Source of the DNA: an uncultured Nitrososphaeraceae archaeon
GTDB taxonomy: Archaea > Thermoproteota > Nitrososphaeria > Nitrososphaerales > Nitrososphaeraceae
Direction of reading: 5' to 3'
Length of the DNA: 64,000 bases
Assembly (NCBI GenBank): GCA_963837175.1
Contig: CAWIMJ010000039.1
Coordinates: forward strand, 1-64,000
The notes under the pieces were generated by a model. The model was not told the origin of the DNA. It ran no database searches and was given only the letters and a program-made list of their open reading frames with translations. The number at the start of each line of letters is the position of its first letter. The stretch's first letter is position 1. The position numbers were made by a program, and so were the translations under genes. Of the stretch, positions 45,881 to 57,011 are shown in pieces.

Positions 45881-46603
45881 ATGTATTCTAGGAAAGTAAT
45901 AAAAGTAGCAGTAGTTGTTTTGTCCGGATTTGTAACACTGTTATTTTTATTTTTATTTTCAGTTACCATCAGCACAAGCACTCTGCATCAACAAGAAGCA
46001 TCAGCATTTTTCCATGAAAAATTATTTGGAGATATCAGCAGTAGTAATAATGCTGCTAGCGCTCAACTTACAACTGACGTTAATCTTACCACAAATGCAT
46101 CTACGACTACTACTGCCACTTCCAAACAGAATGGAACTCCAGCTGATGATAATTTAAGAGGTTCAGATCAAAATGATGTTATAGTAGGTCTTGCTGGAAA
46201 TGATATAATTACAGGACAAGCAGGAGACGACAATATTGATGGTTCTGAAGGAATGGATTATATAATTGCTGGCCCAGGCAATGATGCTCTTGTTGGTGGA
46301 GCTGGAATTGATGTAATTGAAGGTAATGCAGGAGACGACAATATTGATGGTTCTGAAGGAAATGATTACTTGATTGGTGACCAAGGTGCGGATACTCTTA
46401 AAGGCGCAGCTGGCAATGATACTCTAATTGGTGGTCCAGGGGCTGATACTCTTTCTGGCGGCCTAGGCCAGGATAAGTTTATCTGTGGTCAAGGAAAAGA
46501 CACAATTTTAGATTTTCAGGCTAGTGAAGGTGATAGTAGAACAATTGACTGCGAAGCCGCAACTACTGTTGCTACCACTAATAATAACAACATAACAGGC
46601 TAA
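45881..46603 (+). CDS. exported RTX/hemolysin-type calcium-binding repeat protein
   Basis: Signal-like N-terminus, S/T linker, about 14 GxxGxDxUx nonapeptides, terminal DCE. Confidence 0.88.
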   Translation: MYSRKVIKVAVVVLSGFVTLLFLFLFSVTISTSTLHQQEASAFFHEKLFGDISSSNNAASAQLTTDVNLTTNASTTTTATSKQNGTPADDNLRGSDQNDVIVGLAGNDIITGQAGDDNIDGSEGMDYIIAGPGNDALVGGAGIDVIEGNAGDDNIDGSEGNDYLIGDQGADTLKGAAGNDTLIGGPGADTLSGGLGQDKFICGQGKDTILDFQASEGDSRTIDCEAATTVATTNNNNITG

Positions 46604-46729
46604 TAAACGATTACTCTTCTCTAGGATCCATGTTGGTCTTTCTTCTTCTTCTGTCATAGTATAGTTCGCACACGTATCGGTAATAAATGGAAAAGAATGA
46701 CCCATAGAAGAACAAAAATAATATTATTA

Positions 46730-47050
46730 AAATTCTATGATAATCTGGCTGCGATCATTGTCAAGCCACATTCAAAGACCTCTTTGAATACAGATATATC
46801 ATCAGCAGAATTATTTGATGTCTCTGGAAAATAGTATAACAGGCTATCACCAGTATTCTTAATTATAGTTGCATTAAAGTCTCTAATGATAGCTTCCATT
46901 GTATTGATAAATATCTAATAATATCTTCTAATTTTTTCTGCCTCATTTATTTCAGTTGTAGTAATCCTGGTAGAATCTACTACTATATCAATAAACGACA
47001 CACAACAGTTTTGTGAACTCCCTGTAAATGATATTTCTTCACCATATATA
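46730..47050 (-). pseudogene. class III adenylate/guanylate cyclase fragment
   Basis: CCVSFIDIV.DST, IIKNTGDSLLYYFP with internal stop and truncation. Confidence 0.7.
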
Positions 47051-47254
47051 ATTAGTATTTTCAATTCACAGACATTATATACTACAAGATAATAAAAAAT
47101 GCGGTGCTATTACAGATAACATACGATATAGGCATCAAGCTTTTTAGAATATAAACTAAAGGTATTATTATATTGTATAAAAATAAAGAAATAAAATCCA
47201 CATTAAAGAAATGAGACTTTCTAGGAGTTAAACAAAATCCACTTAACAAAGTCA

Positions 47255-47396
47255 TCACTTTGGTTCCGACACGATACCTAATATCTTATCACATTTCTTG
47301 CATGAGTAAATACGCAGTACCATTAGGAACGACTATTGCTTCTGTATTACATCCATTTATGGCAATATCGAATTCACAACTTAGACATTTCGCCAT
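47255..47396 (-). pseudogene. zinc-ribbon microprotein with one frameshift
   Basis: MAKCLSCEFDI... then YSCKKCDKILGIVSEPK* in a shifted frame. Confidence 0.55.
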
Positions 47397-47798
47397 ACTA
47401 TTTTTTGGTTTTAGTTAGATATTATATAAAGTATTCTAAGCATCCGAGGGTACACAAATTCTGAAATCTCTCTTCTCACTAGTAATGGTACCGCACCTCC
47501 TCCTAGCCATCTTCTGATACTAAGACTCTCTGATAGCACTCATTGCAATGTCTGTATCTTTGTCCATATCTTGTCTGTTACGGCTCTTTCAGTCGCCTTG
47601 TGCATCTCTTCTTTCTTCTTGGCGATTCTGTTATGCAACATGTCCTCGAGTGTTTTTAATGGCAGTCGCCATGGGGATGCTGCTCCTCCTTCCTCTGATT
47701 TTCCTTGGATATGCGGACAAGATTTGTATATGATAGTGAAAAAATATTATTCTATCAAACAAGATAAAAAAAATTGTTACATACTAGACCTAAGGTAA

Positions 47799-48698
47799 CT
47801 AATCTAATTTGAAGAAAAAAGTTAGCCAATGCGTATTATTATGTAAAAGTTTCCAACAGCAGCATTCCTCACAAGAACAATTAGGACACTCTTTCGAAGA
47901 GTTACTATATTTACAGTTTATTGGATAGCATTCACAATCAGCACAAAATCTGATCTGTAGTATATAATTAAGTAATTTATAACTGAATTGTGTTATATAT
48001 CTTGAGGAATACCTAAATTTTTTTCGTAATACTAAAGCAACAATTGAAGTCCCAACAAAAGTAGCTGTCCAATATAGCCACAAGTCATTTACCATTCCGG
48101 ACAGCAAAGCAGGAGCTAAAGAACGAGCTGGATTCATAGAAGCACCAGATATAAATGCTAAAAAGAATATGTCTAAACCAACCATGCCTCCTATAGCAAT
48201 CGCTCCAAAACCTTTCAATCCTTTTGTATAAACTACTATTAGGATAACAGCCATAAGAAGAGCAGACGCGATTATTTCAACTCCAAAAATTACAGGTAGA
48301 GGAAAAGCATAATTTGGAGCATTAGCTCCTAAATTGGCTTCATTTCCTATAATATATTTTACAAATAGACTTCCTAGTAAAGCACCAATTATCTCAGCAG
48401 TAAAATAGTATATTAATTGAATTTTTGTAATATGTTTAGTAATCATAAATCCAACTGTAACTGCAGGATTAAAATGAGCCATTGAGATTTTTCCAAACAA
48501 GTATACACCCAAGGCTACTCCAACAAAAGGAGCAAAGGCAATAAATGGGATACCTAATATACCATTTGTTTTAGCGTCTAAAACTACAGAACCAGTAGCA
48601 AGAACAACTACTATAAAGGTGCCAATAACTTCAGCTACAAACCTCTTTTGATTCTCAGTTAGATTCTTTGATATCTTGCTTATTAAGCTCTGCTGCAA
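47799..48698 (-). CDS. MIP-family aquaporin (probable metalloid channel) with Cys-rich C-terminal extension
   Basis: HFNPAVT and SMNPARS; tail FCADCECYPINC...CPNCSCEECCCW; directly downstream of arsC. Confidence 0.88.
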   Translation of the reverse strand: MQQSLISKISKNLTENQKRFVAEVIGTFIVVVLATGSVVLDAKTNGILGIPFIAFAPFVGVALGVYLFGKISMAHFNPAVTVGFMITKHITKIQLIYYFTAEIIGALLGSLFVKYIIGNEANLGANAPNYAFPLPVIFGVEIIASALLMAVILIVVYTKGLKGFGAIAIGGMVGLDIFFLAFISGASMNPARSLAPALLSGMVNDLWLYWTATFVGTSIVALVLRKKFRYSSRYITQFSYKLLNYILQIRFCADCECYPINCKYSNSSKECPNCSCEECCCWKLLHNNTHWLTFFFKLD

Positions 48699-49110
48699 GT
48701 TCCCTTACTCTTCTCTCTATCTCATCTCTGATTTCTCTAACTTTCTCTATTGGTTTATCCTTTAGGATCTTCTAGACTCCAGTCTATTACTTTGGGTATA
48801 TACACAGTAGGGCAGTAATTATCGTCCATGCATCCCATATTAACTACTGTAGTGGCATTTCTTATCATATCTTCTGTCAAATCCTTTGATTTTTGTTTGC
48901 TAATATCTATACCTACTTCTTTCATAACTTGTAGTGCTAATGGGATTAATCTCTGAGACAGGCTTGGTTCCTGCACTTAAGGTTGCATATCCTCTAGGAG
49001 CATATTTTCTAAAGAAGCCTTCTGCCATCTGGCTTCGGCCTGCGTTTTCTACACAAACAAACAGAACGGTTTTACCTATTTCTCTGTTCTTTAGTTTTTA
49101 ATTTACCAAA
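48655..49110 (-). pseudogene. arsC: LMW-PTP-type arsenate reductase, frameshifted
   Basis: VLFVCVENAGRSQMAE, SAGTKP, MGC..C, DWSLEDPKG, VREIRDEI. Confidence 0.85.
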
Positions 49111-49165
49111 TGAAAATTTCATATTTGTTTAATCTTCCCCTCCTCTATTCTTGTTTTATTACTAC

Positions 49166-49951
49166 TTATTCTTTGATAGCCTTGATAACTAGACTACTAA
49201 TCTTTCTACTATCATTAACTTGTTCGTCTCCTTCGTATATAGCATTTGTCACCTAACACTTCAATATTTGTAAATCCTGCTTTTCTGATACTATTAAGAT
49301 AGTTCTCTTTTGTTAATGCACCATCAATACAACTACACCATTTTTCAGAATCAATTGAGTCCGTCTCCACTTCCTTATCTGTAACTAAATCAGATATTAC
49401 CATTCTTCCTTGACCTTGTTTTAAAATTCTATAAATCTCTTTGAATGTGTTTACTTTATCTGTGGTCAAATTGATAACACAATTACTGATAACTACATCT
49501 GCAGTGTTAGCTTCAATAGGAATTCTTTTGTCAATATCTCCTTTTCTAAATTCAACATTTGTATACCTCCATTATCTTTTGCATTTTTTCTTGCCTTCTC
49601 CAACATCTCATCAGTCATATCAATACCTATTACTTTTCCAGATTCTTTGACTCTATTTGCTGACAAAAATACATCAATTCCTGCACCAGAGCCTAAATCA
49701 ACAACAGTTTCGCCTTCTCTAAGTTGAGCATGATTTAATGGTGCGCCACAACCTACTCCAAGAACTGACGCTTTAGGTATAGATTCTAACTCTTTAGTAT
49801 CATAACCAACAACTGTAGCAGCTTCTATTGGTGAACTTCCTTGGTCATCGCATTCATAAGGAACATAACAACAATTTGAGTTTCCTGTTAATGCAATTTT
49901 GCCATATCTTTCTTTTACTTTTTCTTTTATATCAGCTGTTACTTCTTGCAC
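49166..49951 (-). pseudogene. arsM: arsenite S-adenosylmethionine methyltransferase, frameshifted
   Basis: VKERYG..CC, GVGCGAP, DLGSGAGID, GIDMTDEML, VISNCVINL, WCSCIDGA. Confidence 0.88.
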
Positions 49952-50015
49952 ATCAATGTTTTACAAATAAAACTATTTAAGTTATCAAGGGAAAATAGGT
50001 AAACTAAGTGCAATT

Positions 50016-50429
50016 ATGGAAAATAATAGAATATTGAAAAATGAACCATTATTACCTGTAATACAACCACAACAAGAAGTTTGTGCTTTCAATGGATATG
50101 ACGCAGATACACTTATGAGAGAAACTGCAAAATTGAGAAAATTGATTACAAAAAGAGGAACACTTGAAATACTAATTCCATTGTGTTGTACTACAAATCC
50201 TGTAAGACATAAACAATTTAAACAAACAATGAAAGGCTTTAGCACAAGGACATTATCCAACAGGCTTAAAGAGTTGGAAAAGAGTGGAATATTGGAAAGA
50301 CAAAGATATAATGAGATTCCTCCAAGAGTTGAATATAGACTTACAAATAAAGGACAGGAACTTGCTGAGTCTGTCATTTATCTTCTGCAATGGATGCAAA
50401 AATGGTCGAAATCGAAGGTAACAAGATAA
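50016..50429 (+). CDS. HxlR-family transcriptional regulator
   Basis: TRTLSNRLKELEKSG, YNEIPPRVEYRLTNKG. Confidence 0.9.
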   Translation: MENNRILKNEPLLPVIQPQQEVCAFNGYDADTLMRETAKLRKLITKRGTLEILIPLCCTTNPVRHKQFKQTMKGFSTRTLSNRLKELEKSGILERQRYNEIPPRVEYRLTNKGQELAESVIYLLQWMQKWSKSKVTR

Positions 50430-50669
50430 AAAGGACAAAGATAAAAATCTATTTTCATAAAAAATAGTTAAAAATCACATCAACCCATCATATCGAACTC
50501 AAATATATTATATAATAACAAAAATTACAAAATATTCTTCTAATTATTTTGTTTTAAGAGTTAGTGATTGAGCCAAGACCCACTGCAATGTCTCTATCTC
50601 TCCATATCTTTTCTGTCTCTGCTATTTCACGGCACGAACACCAGGCGCCCCCGCGGCGAAATACAACGT

Positions 50670-50835
50670 TTGTAAATTCTCGGCATATTACAGCGCTGGC
50701 ACAAATACCAAGCATGTTATCTACGTTACTTAAGACTACCATCTGCACGATATCACATGGACTCCTGGGAGTGGAACATCGGAGCACTTCAATCTCACGA
50801 CGTTGACTGACCCGCCTCTGCCTCCAGCCGTTGAA
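50670..50835 (+). pseudogene. fragment of a beta-propeller (lectin-like) repeat
   Basis: AYYSAGTNTKHVIYVT*DYHLHDITWTPG..HFNLT in a GC-richer patch. Confidence 0.35.
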
Positions 50836-50956
50836 TATTTAAATAGATTTGCTTAATTTGAAATAAAAATAAAATGTTTTCTTTTCTCCCTTTCTTCACA
50901 ATATATACATTTTAATTCATTTCAGAATAATTAAAGTATGTAGCAGATATTTCAAA

Positions 50957-51152
50957 ATGACTTTCAAGGAAATCCATAAAGTAATAGCCCGAACATACCC
51001 CGAACTATCAGACTCGTCACTACAGCAGCGCAACCGGTACTTTGCTAGATTGAAAGGGAAACCTTTTTGGATTTGGAACGTAGAACAACACAAGGCAGCA
51101 GATAGACAGACAAAAGGGGACTGTTGTTTTCAACACATAATTGGCCTTCCTG
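50957..51152 (+). pseudogene. N-terminal fragment resembling thaumarchaeal terminase-like ATPases
   Basis: LKGKPFWIWN..H......KGDCCFQHIIGLP, cut at the DUF899 stop codon; assignment from memory. Confidence 0.45.
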
Positions 51153-51869
51153 TTAGCCGTATTCATCATGACGTCGTACCCAGAATTGAGGGAATTCATG
51201 ACCTTCTTCGTCTCTTCCCTTGGGAACCAGGTCTAGATAGTGATACGCCACATTCAACATATCGATACCACGTGCATAAGCTGAATAAGTATGAAACACC
51301 CGACCTGCAGGATCTTTGTAAAATACACTCACTCCCTCTCGCTCTGGAGCTCCAGTATCTTGCAAATTATAGTTATAGAAGGTTTCTTTCTTATCCAACT
51401 CTTCCGGTGTGAATGACACGTCATAATCGAAATTGAAATCTGAGTCATAAGAAGAAACCCACTTGAAATCCCAGCCCATCCGGTTTTCGTATGCAGCCAA
51501 CTTGCTATACGGAGCACGAAAGACAGCTATCATGGTAACGTCCCGTTGGTTCAGGTGCACGATTATTTTATTGAAATTGTCAGCCCAAAAGGAGCAGTGT
51601 AAACATCCTTCCTCCCAGCTTGGATCAAACATAAAATGATAAACTACCAGTTGGCTTCTTCCGTCAAAAAGTTCTGCCAGAGTTTCTTTACCCTTTGACC
51701 CCTCAAAGAGATACTCTTTATTAACTGCCTTCCACGGGAGTTCGCGTCGCTGCTCGTTAAGCTGGCCACGCAATGCGGTAAACTCTTTTTCCTTCTTGAG
51801 AAGCGACTTGCGAGCTTCGATCCATTTTTCCTCGGAAACAATCTTGTGATCTTTTAAGGGGTTAGTCAT
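51153..51869 (-). CDS. DUF899 thioredoxin-like protein
   Basis: RRELPW, LFDGRSQLVVYHFMF, GCLHCS, HTYSAYARG, LDLVPKGRDE, WVRRHDEY. Confidence 0.92.
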   Translation of the reverse strand: MTNPLKDHKIVSEEKWIEARKSLLKKEKEFTALRGQLNEQRRELPWKAVNKEYLFEGSKGKETLAELFDGRSQLVVYHFMFDPSWEEGCLHCSFWADNFNKIIVHLNQRDVTMIAVFRAPYSKLAAYENRMGWDFKWVSSYDSDFNFDYDVSFTPEELDKKETFYNYNLQDTGAPEREGVSVFYKDPAGRVFHTYSAYARGIDMLNVAYHYLDLVPKGRDEEGHEFPQFWVRRHDEYG

Positions 51870-52318
51870 TATTTTCTCTTCCTCTTTTTGTTCTCCATTT
51901 ATAGCCCGCATCTACAACATTCGTATTCAATGGTTGTTGCTGCTGTAGTATTTGTTTGTTCAAAACGTCTTAACCTTGTAACAACATGATCCACAAGTCC
52001 ATCCGTTACGAGTGCTATTTTCCTTTCTAATTTAATTTTAATTCTCCTCCTTCTATTTCCTTTTCCTTTTCCTCTGCTTTTAAATAATCATTATAATTGT
52101 CGTTATCATTAATTCTTCTTGCTGTATTATTAGCCAGAGCAGTAGCAGTCATTCTTTAGTTTCTAACGCTCAATGATGGAAAGTAATCATATATACTCTT
52201 TCATTAAGAGTGTATATCTATGAATATACTTTGGCGATTTCAAGTGCAGATAAATAACATTAGTATTGTTTTAAAGTCCTCTTAATGAATTGAACTAACT
52301 ACTAATAATTTGGGATTA

Positions 52319-52531
52319 TCATGGTACTGTCTCTGCTCTTAGTTCATCACTTCTTGTTATTCCACGTTTATCTTTCTCTGCTTGCAAAGTTTCAGGCGAT
52401 AAGGTTTGGACATGACAGCTGCACTCACATTGATATCGATTATTGTTATCCTCGTCATAGAATTGAGCAATGCAGTTATTATGATCTGCTTTTTCGCAGC
52501 TCTTGGAAATCATATCGTTACTTATTAACAA
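52319..52531 (-). CDS. small Cys/His metal-binding protein
   Basis: SCEKADHNNC...CECSCH. Confidence 0.65.
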   Translation of the reverse strand: MLISNDMISKSCEKADHNNCIAQFYDEDNNNRYQCECSCHVQTLSPETLQAEKDKRGITRSDELRAETVP

Positions 52532-52620
52532 AAGTTCACTTCATTTGAATCTATGCATTATATACATATTGAAGAACATACGTCCATCAGCCTTTTAACC
52601 TAATTCCGAAGGGATATATC

Positions 52621-55258
52621 TTGGTAATACTTGTTGAATATGTGTATAATTATAGATGTCCAAATTGTAGCTCTTTAAATTCTGTTGATGTTAACAAGAT
52701 ATACAATGGACGGCTAATGTTTGTCTGCTCTAAATGTAATATTTGTGGTGTTGTTCCGTCCATTGCCAATCAAGATGAAGCATATCTGGAATTTCTGGAT
52801 ATGTATGATAATGGGCAGCTTGCTAAGACACAAGATTTAGAATCATTAGTAGAACAGGAAAGACTCTTGCGCCCAACATCTGAGGTAGACTCTTTGCTTT
52901 ATCGCAACGATGCTAAAGAAAATGAATTACTTAAAGCCACAATATATTCTAAAAAAGATTATGTCGTTGATTTTAGAGTAATTCAGGAACCCAACCCTGA
53001 AATTGGAAGTGAACTTACAGTTCTTCCCATAGAAAAGGGAATTATTAATGCTCTATCCGCAAGAGACATCAAAAGGCTTTATAAATTCCAAGAAGAATCC
53101 ATTAAACAAATTTTACTTGGAAAAGATGTTGTTATTGTTGCACCAACTGCTTCTGGCAAGACAGAGGCTTTTTGTATCCCCATAGTACAAAAAATTTCTG
53201 AGGAAATATCACGTTTTTCATCTCTACGGCCAAAAGTAGGAGGAAAAGTGTTCGCTATTTTTGTATATCCAACTAAGGCTCTTGCAAGGGATCAATTACC
53301 AAAGATAAGACATATTGCAGAACCTTTAGGAATAAATGTAAATATATTTGATGGAGATACAACAAAAGCTGAAAGAGAATCAATAATAACTACCTTAGTC
53401 CCTGAAATCATTATTACAAATTTTGATGTGATTCATTACCATTTACTTTACAGAACAAAGTTTTCTCGTCTAATTAAAACAGCTAAATTTTTAGTTGTTG
53501 ATGAAGCCCATGTTTATACTGGAGTTTTTGGAGCAAATATCCATCATGTTATAAAAAGACTTGAAAGGTTGATTATGTCGACAAGTAAGAACAAACTTCA
53601 GATAATTGCTGCCTTCTGCTACTTTACCAAATGCAGAAGAATTCTGTAAGCCATTATTTGGAAGAGAAATGGATATCGTACGAGGCAGAGGCAGGAAAGG
53701 TAAAATCAACTTTGTTCTTTTATTCCCATCATTTCATTCACAAAGGTCTTTAATGCTTGATCTATTAAAACAAACTACTACAAGAAATCACAAGACAATT
53801 GCCTTTAGTAAATCACATTTAGGTTCAGAACTATTGGCGTTTTATTCATCCAAACAAGGAATAGCAATAAGAGTACATAGAGCTGGTTTGCTACCAATAG
53901 AACGCAAATCAGTTGAAGGATCATTTAAGAAGGGTAAATTAATGGCAATTTCTGCAACTCCAACTTTAGAGCTTGGTATAGATATTGGAGATGTAGATGC
54001 CATTATATCAGATATTGTACCTGTTAACAGGCTGATTCAAAGGTTAGGAAGAGCAGCAAGAAGTGGTCAAGAAGGATATGCATTTCTTGCATTAGGTAAT
54101 GATCCTATAAGTCAGTATTACAAACTACATCCAGACGATTACCTGGAAGATCAAGAACTTGCATATACAGATCCTACCAATCCATTTGTAGAAGAATATC
54201 AGGTTCTTGCAATGGCCTGTGATAGACCCATTTCTGTGTATGAATCATCCCATATGTGGAATACTATTCAAACACTTATTTCAAAAGGTTTGATTCAATT
54301 GTCAAATGGAAAGTTTATGCCTAATTTTAAGAAGGCGATGGATGTCCTCAGAGACTTTAGTATCAGAGGAATAGGAACTAGTGTTGACATAATATATAAT
54401 GGAAAATTAGTTGGTGAACGTCAAATGCCACAGGCAATAGAAGAGCTTCATGATAACGCAATATACTTCTTAGCTGGAAGAAGGTATCAAGTCCAAAAGC
54501 TACATTTTGACAACAAAAACCAAAAGGATCAACAACGAGGCCTACAAAAACAACAATCTGTGCCTTATGCTGAATTAAGATCTATCCCCCACGATTATCC
54601 ATACTACACAAAGGCAATAGTTGACGAGTGGCCAACTATTCTGGAAACTTATGAACAAAAGAAAACATATGGTTTAGAAGTAAAGTATTGTTCTTTAAAA
54701 ATACAAAAGAAAGTAATAGGATATTCAAATATCGAAATTGGCCAGGAGGTCATGCAAGGAACAAAAGTAATGCTTGAAAATCCTATAGAATTTGAATTTG
54801 TTACAAAAGGATTGGTGTTTAGAGCGCCCACCCCCGACGACGTTTTAAAGACTGCAAATGATGAGCAATATGTAGAAATGAGCGGGTATCATGCTTCAGA
54901 GCACGTCTTAATAGAGGGAAGCTCAATGGTAACAGGAGGAGCATCACAGGATCTAGGTGGAATATCACTTGGATCTTCAGGTTTAATTTTTATTTATGAT
55001 GGGAGCGTTGGTGGAAATGGTGCCAGCAGGGCATTATATGATAAATTTGATAAAGCAATAATAAGAGCGTTAAGAATATTGTCTGAATGTCCATGCAAAA
55101 GTGAAAGTGGCTGTCCTAGATGTACATACTCGTATAGATGTGGAAATAATAACGAATACTTGCACAAACATGCAGCTATTGAAATATTAAATAGAGTTGT
55201 AGAGGGAGAGCAAACACAAATAGGAGATATAATGACTATAGATAGACCTCTTGTTTGA
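52621..55258 (+). CDS. DEAH-box helicase with DUF1998/MZB domain (Hrq1/SftH/MrfA-like); single frameshift near 53610
   Basis: APTASGKT, YPTKAL, DEAH, SAT, TPTLELGIDIG, QRLGRAAR, C-terminal CPC...GCPRC. Confidence 0.88.
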
Positions 55259-55522
55259 TAAGAAGATATGTTACCTCTTCTCTACTCTTTTCATAGGCAG
55301 CATACAAAATCCTTCATTTGGATTATACCTATAACATAACAACAGATGCTTAAAGAACTTATCTCAAGATTCAGATCACATTATTGACGTCTTAATGGAG
55401 GCATTCAGTTTTTTTAACTCCGATAACAGGACCTTTTGATTAGAATTAATACATATTAAAATTACCACATCTATTAACAATGCTTATTTTCTTCAAATTA
55501 CATTACTACTAGTACAAAGCAT

Positions 55523-56488
55523 ATGTGTAATACTGTTGTATTTTTTGGAGAAGAACTTTCCAAATATGGTTTTGGTAAATCACATCCATTGAACTCAGAT
55601 AGAATCTATGCGTTCTGGTCAAAGTTCACTGGCTTAAAGATTGATAAATCGACTCAAATTCGAATAGAAAAACCTGTCACAGTTCAAGAAGAAATTATAC
55701 TTGAATTCCATGAAAAAGATTATGTCGAATTTATCAAGGAAGCTTCAAAACATGGAACTGGTCTTCTCGATCTTGGAGATACGCCTGCATTTAAAGGTGT
55801 TTTTGAAGCTTCTTCCTACGTAGTTGGCACGAGCCTCAAAGCATTGGATTTAGTAATGAAGAAAACAGATGGAATATTGCATGCATTTAATCCCATTGGA
55901 GGACTTCATCATGCAAGAAGAGGATCTGCAGGAGGATTTTGTGTCTTTAATGATATAGGTATTGTAAGCATAATGGCACGAAAGAGATACGCTGTAGATA
56001 GAATAGCCTATGTGGATATAGATGCACATCATGGGGATGGAGTTTATTATGAATTCGAAGACGATCCTATGCTCTTTATTGCAGATATACATGAGGATGG
56101 TCGTTATCTATATCCTGGTACTGGTAATGAATCAGAAATAGGATCAGGTAATGCTAAAGGTACAAAAATAAATATACCATTGAATATCAACTCAGGTGAT
56201 AGTGAATTTATTGCTGCATTCAGTAAAGTCGAAGAATTTATTGATAACACTGCAAAACCTCAATTAATTATTCTACAATGTGGTACCGATTGCATAGACG
56301 GTGATCCATTAACACATTTGAAATATACCTCAAAAGCACACAGATATGCAGCGGACAAATTACATCAGCTCTCACATAAGCACTGTGATGGAAGAATAAT
56401 TGCATTAGGCGGTGGAGGATATAATCAAAAAAATATCGCAGATGGATGGACAGAAGTTGTGAGCTCATTTATTAGCAGCATAGAGTAG
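55523..56488 (+). CDS. AcuC/HDAC-family Zn-dependent deacetylase
   Basis: GGLHHA, GFCVFND, DIDAHHGDG, DGDPL, GGGGY. Confidence 0.92.
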   Translation: MCNTVVFFGEELSKYGFGKSHPLNSDRIYAFWSKFTGLKIDKSTQIRIEKPVTVQEEIILEFHEKDYVEFIKEASKHGTGLLDLGDTPAFKGVFEASSYVVGTSLKALDLVMKKTDGILHAFNPIGGLHHARRGSAGGFCVFNDIGIVSIMARKRYAVDRIAYVDIDAHHGDGVYYEFEDDPMLFIADIHEDGRYLYPGTGNESEIGSGNAKGTKINIPLNINSGDSEFIAAFSKVEEFIDNTAKPQLIILQCGTDCIDGDPLTHLKYTSKAHRYAADKLHQLSHKHCDGRIIALGGGGYNQKNIADGWTEVVSSFISSIE

Positions 56489-56747
56489 CACAACTTTAAT
56501 GAGAATTACCTATTGTGACCTTACAAATCGACACATTATTCTTTTTATATATTGGCTCGATGAAATTTGTCCTCTTCGTACATATAGAAGGATTGAGTTG
56601 TTTATGTTATTTGCCTTTTCATAGTGTCCTTGGTATTTAATTAGTATAATAGAAATCCTTTGTTTGCTATATTGTTTTAAAAATATCACCCCCACCCTCT
56701 CCATAGGGATATTCAGCTCTTAAAAAGAACTGCAATTATGTTAAATC

Positions 56748-57011
56748 ATGAGCTTATGTTCAGAAGATATTTTAATCAAACAAATTGAATCATGGCGAGG
56801 TTCTGCAGATGATAGATTGGATACAGAAAAAGATAAGAAAGAATTTAAAGATATGTTAAATGACTATTATAAATATTCTATGATTATTATTAACTCACAA
56901 TTTGAAGCATTTCCAAGTAAACCGTTGATTATGGCTTTGTTATTATCTCAGCATAATAAAATCATGCAACTGCTGATGAATAAGGACCCCAAAAAATTGA
57001 GCAATCAATAG
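56748..57011 (+). CDS. hypothetical helical protein
   Basis: 87 aa ORF, protein-like. Confidence 0.6.
   Translation: MSLCSEDILIKQIESWRGSADDRLDTEKDKKEFKDMLNDYYKYSMIIINSQFEAFPSKPLIMALLLSQHNKIMQLLMNKDPKKLSNQ

Noticed and set aside
46200-46370. Nucleotide repeat GCAGGAGACGACAATATTGATGGTTCTGAAGGA occurring twice
   Set aside because: Explained by RTX nonapeptide duplication inside the CDS
50957-51412. 151 aa ORF as a complete gene
   Set aside because: Residues after about 65 are the antisense of DUF899
53600-53650. Programmed frameshift in the helicase
   Set aside because: No slippery heptamer seen and similar single indels are common in this region
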